Positions 62,218 through 64,000 of a stretch of 64,000 nucleotides of DNA are shown here, in pieces (within the stretch, counting starts at the first letter, position 1; every line of letters begins with the position of its first letter). The DNA comes from Spironucleus salmonicida (lineage: Eukaryota). Under the pieces are notes generated by a model. The model did no database searches. It had not been told where the DNA came from and saw only the letters and a list, made by a program, of their open reading frames with translations. The stretch covers positions 434,001 through 498,000 of the forward strand of contig NC_090598.1 of the NCBI RefSeq assembly GCF_000497125.1, read 5' to 3'. The position numbers were made by a program, and so were the translations under genes.

Positions 62218-63675
62218 ATGTATATTATTTTAACTTAGAATTACTTTTTGTATGCCTTGTAAGATAATGATCTCTATCTTTGGAGTGGAAATCCTTTATT
62301 TTCAGAATTGAAAGATTTTCAAGTTGAAACATTATACTCTGATAACACCTCATAAATTATTTAAGTCTAACCATTGCTGGTTTTTCGATAAATATACTTT
62401 AAAGTTAATATATAATATTCTAATAAAATTATATAGTAAGTTCATATAATAAGTAAAGATCTTGTATTCCTTGCTTTTTAAGTACAAACTTTAGTTGCTA
62501 ATATAAAAATTTCTATTTCTGGTATTTAAAACACTGTTGAAATTAAATTTGATAAAAATTTATATCTTTAATAGTTCTAAATGGTTATATTAACTAAATT
62601 TTTCAAAAAATAATCATAAAAATTTATTGCTTATAAAATAGCAGAAGAAGATTCTAAGTTAGTTTATAACTTATAAAGTGACTTAGAGTCGAGAATAAAA
62701 TCAGGACTGAAATAGATATGGATAGAATATACAATAAAACTCTCAGATGAAATACAATTTTAATTTAGTTTAAGAGTACATGATATATAATTTAAGAATT
62801 ATGAAAATTTTATTGGGAAATCTTAAATAATGTTGTTTCCAAATGCTATATAAATTACTTCATTTTAGTCGACTAATTTTTTAAAATATATGAAATAGTT
62901 TTAAGCATAAGGCGTTAAAAATATTTTAATTTATTTGGTATTAAATGTACTTGATAATAAATAATAAGCTAGCAATACATCACGTAAATTTTTTATTAAC
63001 GTAGCATTTAAAAGATTTTTCGATGCAGAACTTAACATTTATTGTAATGAAATGGAAACACCTGCTGACTGTTATTTATATATTTATTAATGTTAATTTA
63101 TAGAAGAACATACAATAGTAGGATTTGTTGATTTTTAATTTATAAGTAGTTAAGTTTATTAATAAATTTTTAGTTTTAATGAGTTTGTTCATAATTATTG
63201 TGCTAAAAGTATGAAGCTTTAGCTTTATGGAAAATACTTAACAGTTATGATTTAAAGCTCTACAAATTCTCTTTTATGTCCTAGATTTTATGATCAGTAA
63301 GTTATGTTTTATATTGATTAAGTAAACTAAATGCACTATCCATCTATTGCTGCAAAAGATGATCATATAGTTACTTTAACTTATTTTATAAAAAGTAATA
63401 ATTTTAGTACTATTTTGAAACTTAATAATGCACAAATTGATGGAATAATACAGATAATGAATACTAAATAATTTTAACGTGTAGCTACGATACAGTTGTT
63501 AAATAATCAGACTATTATGGATTCAACATTTCCATATATATCTGAAATTGAATATATATAAAAAGATAATATTTTACAATTAATTTTAGGTAGCGTTTGC
63601 TTAGCAACGACAATATTAATTATAATATCAATTGTTCTTCTACGAAGGAGAAGCAAAAAAATAGGAATTTAGTGA
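62218..63675 (+). CDS. Hypothetical type-I membrane protein (485 aa)
   Basis: Short hydrophobic N-terminus MYIILT, C-terminal TM ILGSVCLATTILIIISIVLL and tail RRRSKK; ends TAG-TGA. Confidence 0.75.
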
Positions 63676-63703
63676 CATTTTATATTATAATTATTTACGT
63701 AAA

Positions 63704-64000
63704 ATGAGGTAAAATGAATCATAATCATCACTTCGGTGTAAGAGGTAGGAAATTGAGGTCAATTAAAAAATAGGTAGCCTAGTGGTAGATAAATTAGACT
63801 TCAAGTCATATTAAAAATTCCTACCCGATTTTTCATATAATTATACATAAAATAAACAAAGAATATTAAAATCTGTGACCAAGCCAATATATTAAAGCAG
63901 TACTATTCACAAAGAATTTGTTGTAGAAAATAACAACCCAGTAAACTAAGGGCTTTTAAAAAACTATACTTTATCTTAAAACTAATTTATTTAATCCTAA
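63704..64000 (+). CDS. Hypothetical protein, 5' part (runs off the window)
   Basis: ATG 63704 follows an AT-rich element; frame open for 99 codons to the window end. Confidence 0.5.

Noticed and set aside
1-64000. CRISPR arrays, rRNA/tRNA genes, transposase or reverse-transcriptase genes, prokaryotic operons
   Set aside because: None seen by eye and the sequence is eukaryotic. A tRNAscan/Rfam run would be needed to exclude small RNAs fully.

Overview
Compact, AT-rich eukaryotic genomic DNA that uses genetic code 6 (TAA/TAG = Gln, TGA the only stop). The supplied standard-code ORF track therefore fragments nearly every gene. The code, the near-absence of introns, very short intergenic spacers, NEK kinases and CXXC-rich membrane proteins point to a hexamitid diplomonad (Spironucleus/Hexamita-like; inference). 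Re-reading by hand with code 6 gives about 30 intronless genes. Recognisable ones: SGTA-like TPR co-chaperone, two tandem NEK kinases, an MGNC-RING-H2 protein, TatD, dipeptidyl peptidase III, one intact and one disrupted cysteine-rich membrane protein flanked by two paralogous coiled-coil genes, a 5'-nucleotidase-type metallophosphoesterase, a TBC1D31-like protein without WD40, URM1, an ADF-H (drebrin/coactosin-like) protein, an LSm3-like protein, a divergent cytoplasmic dynein-1 heavy chain, MBF1, a GARP/Myb protein, a DNAH6-like inner-arm dynein heavy chain and a bacterial-like histidine phosphatase. The most interesting unexplained signals are (i) discrete GC-rich islands that ignore gene boundaries and flip from C-rich to G-rich, (ii) stop codons embedded in AGTGA, and (iii) a structured, ambiguous locus at 14.2-15.2 kb next to the surface-protein gene. 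Coordinates were counted by hand, and the longest ORFs were spot-checked rather than read codon by codon.
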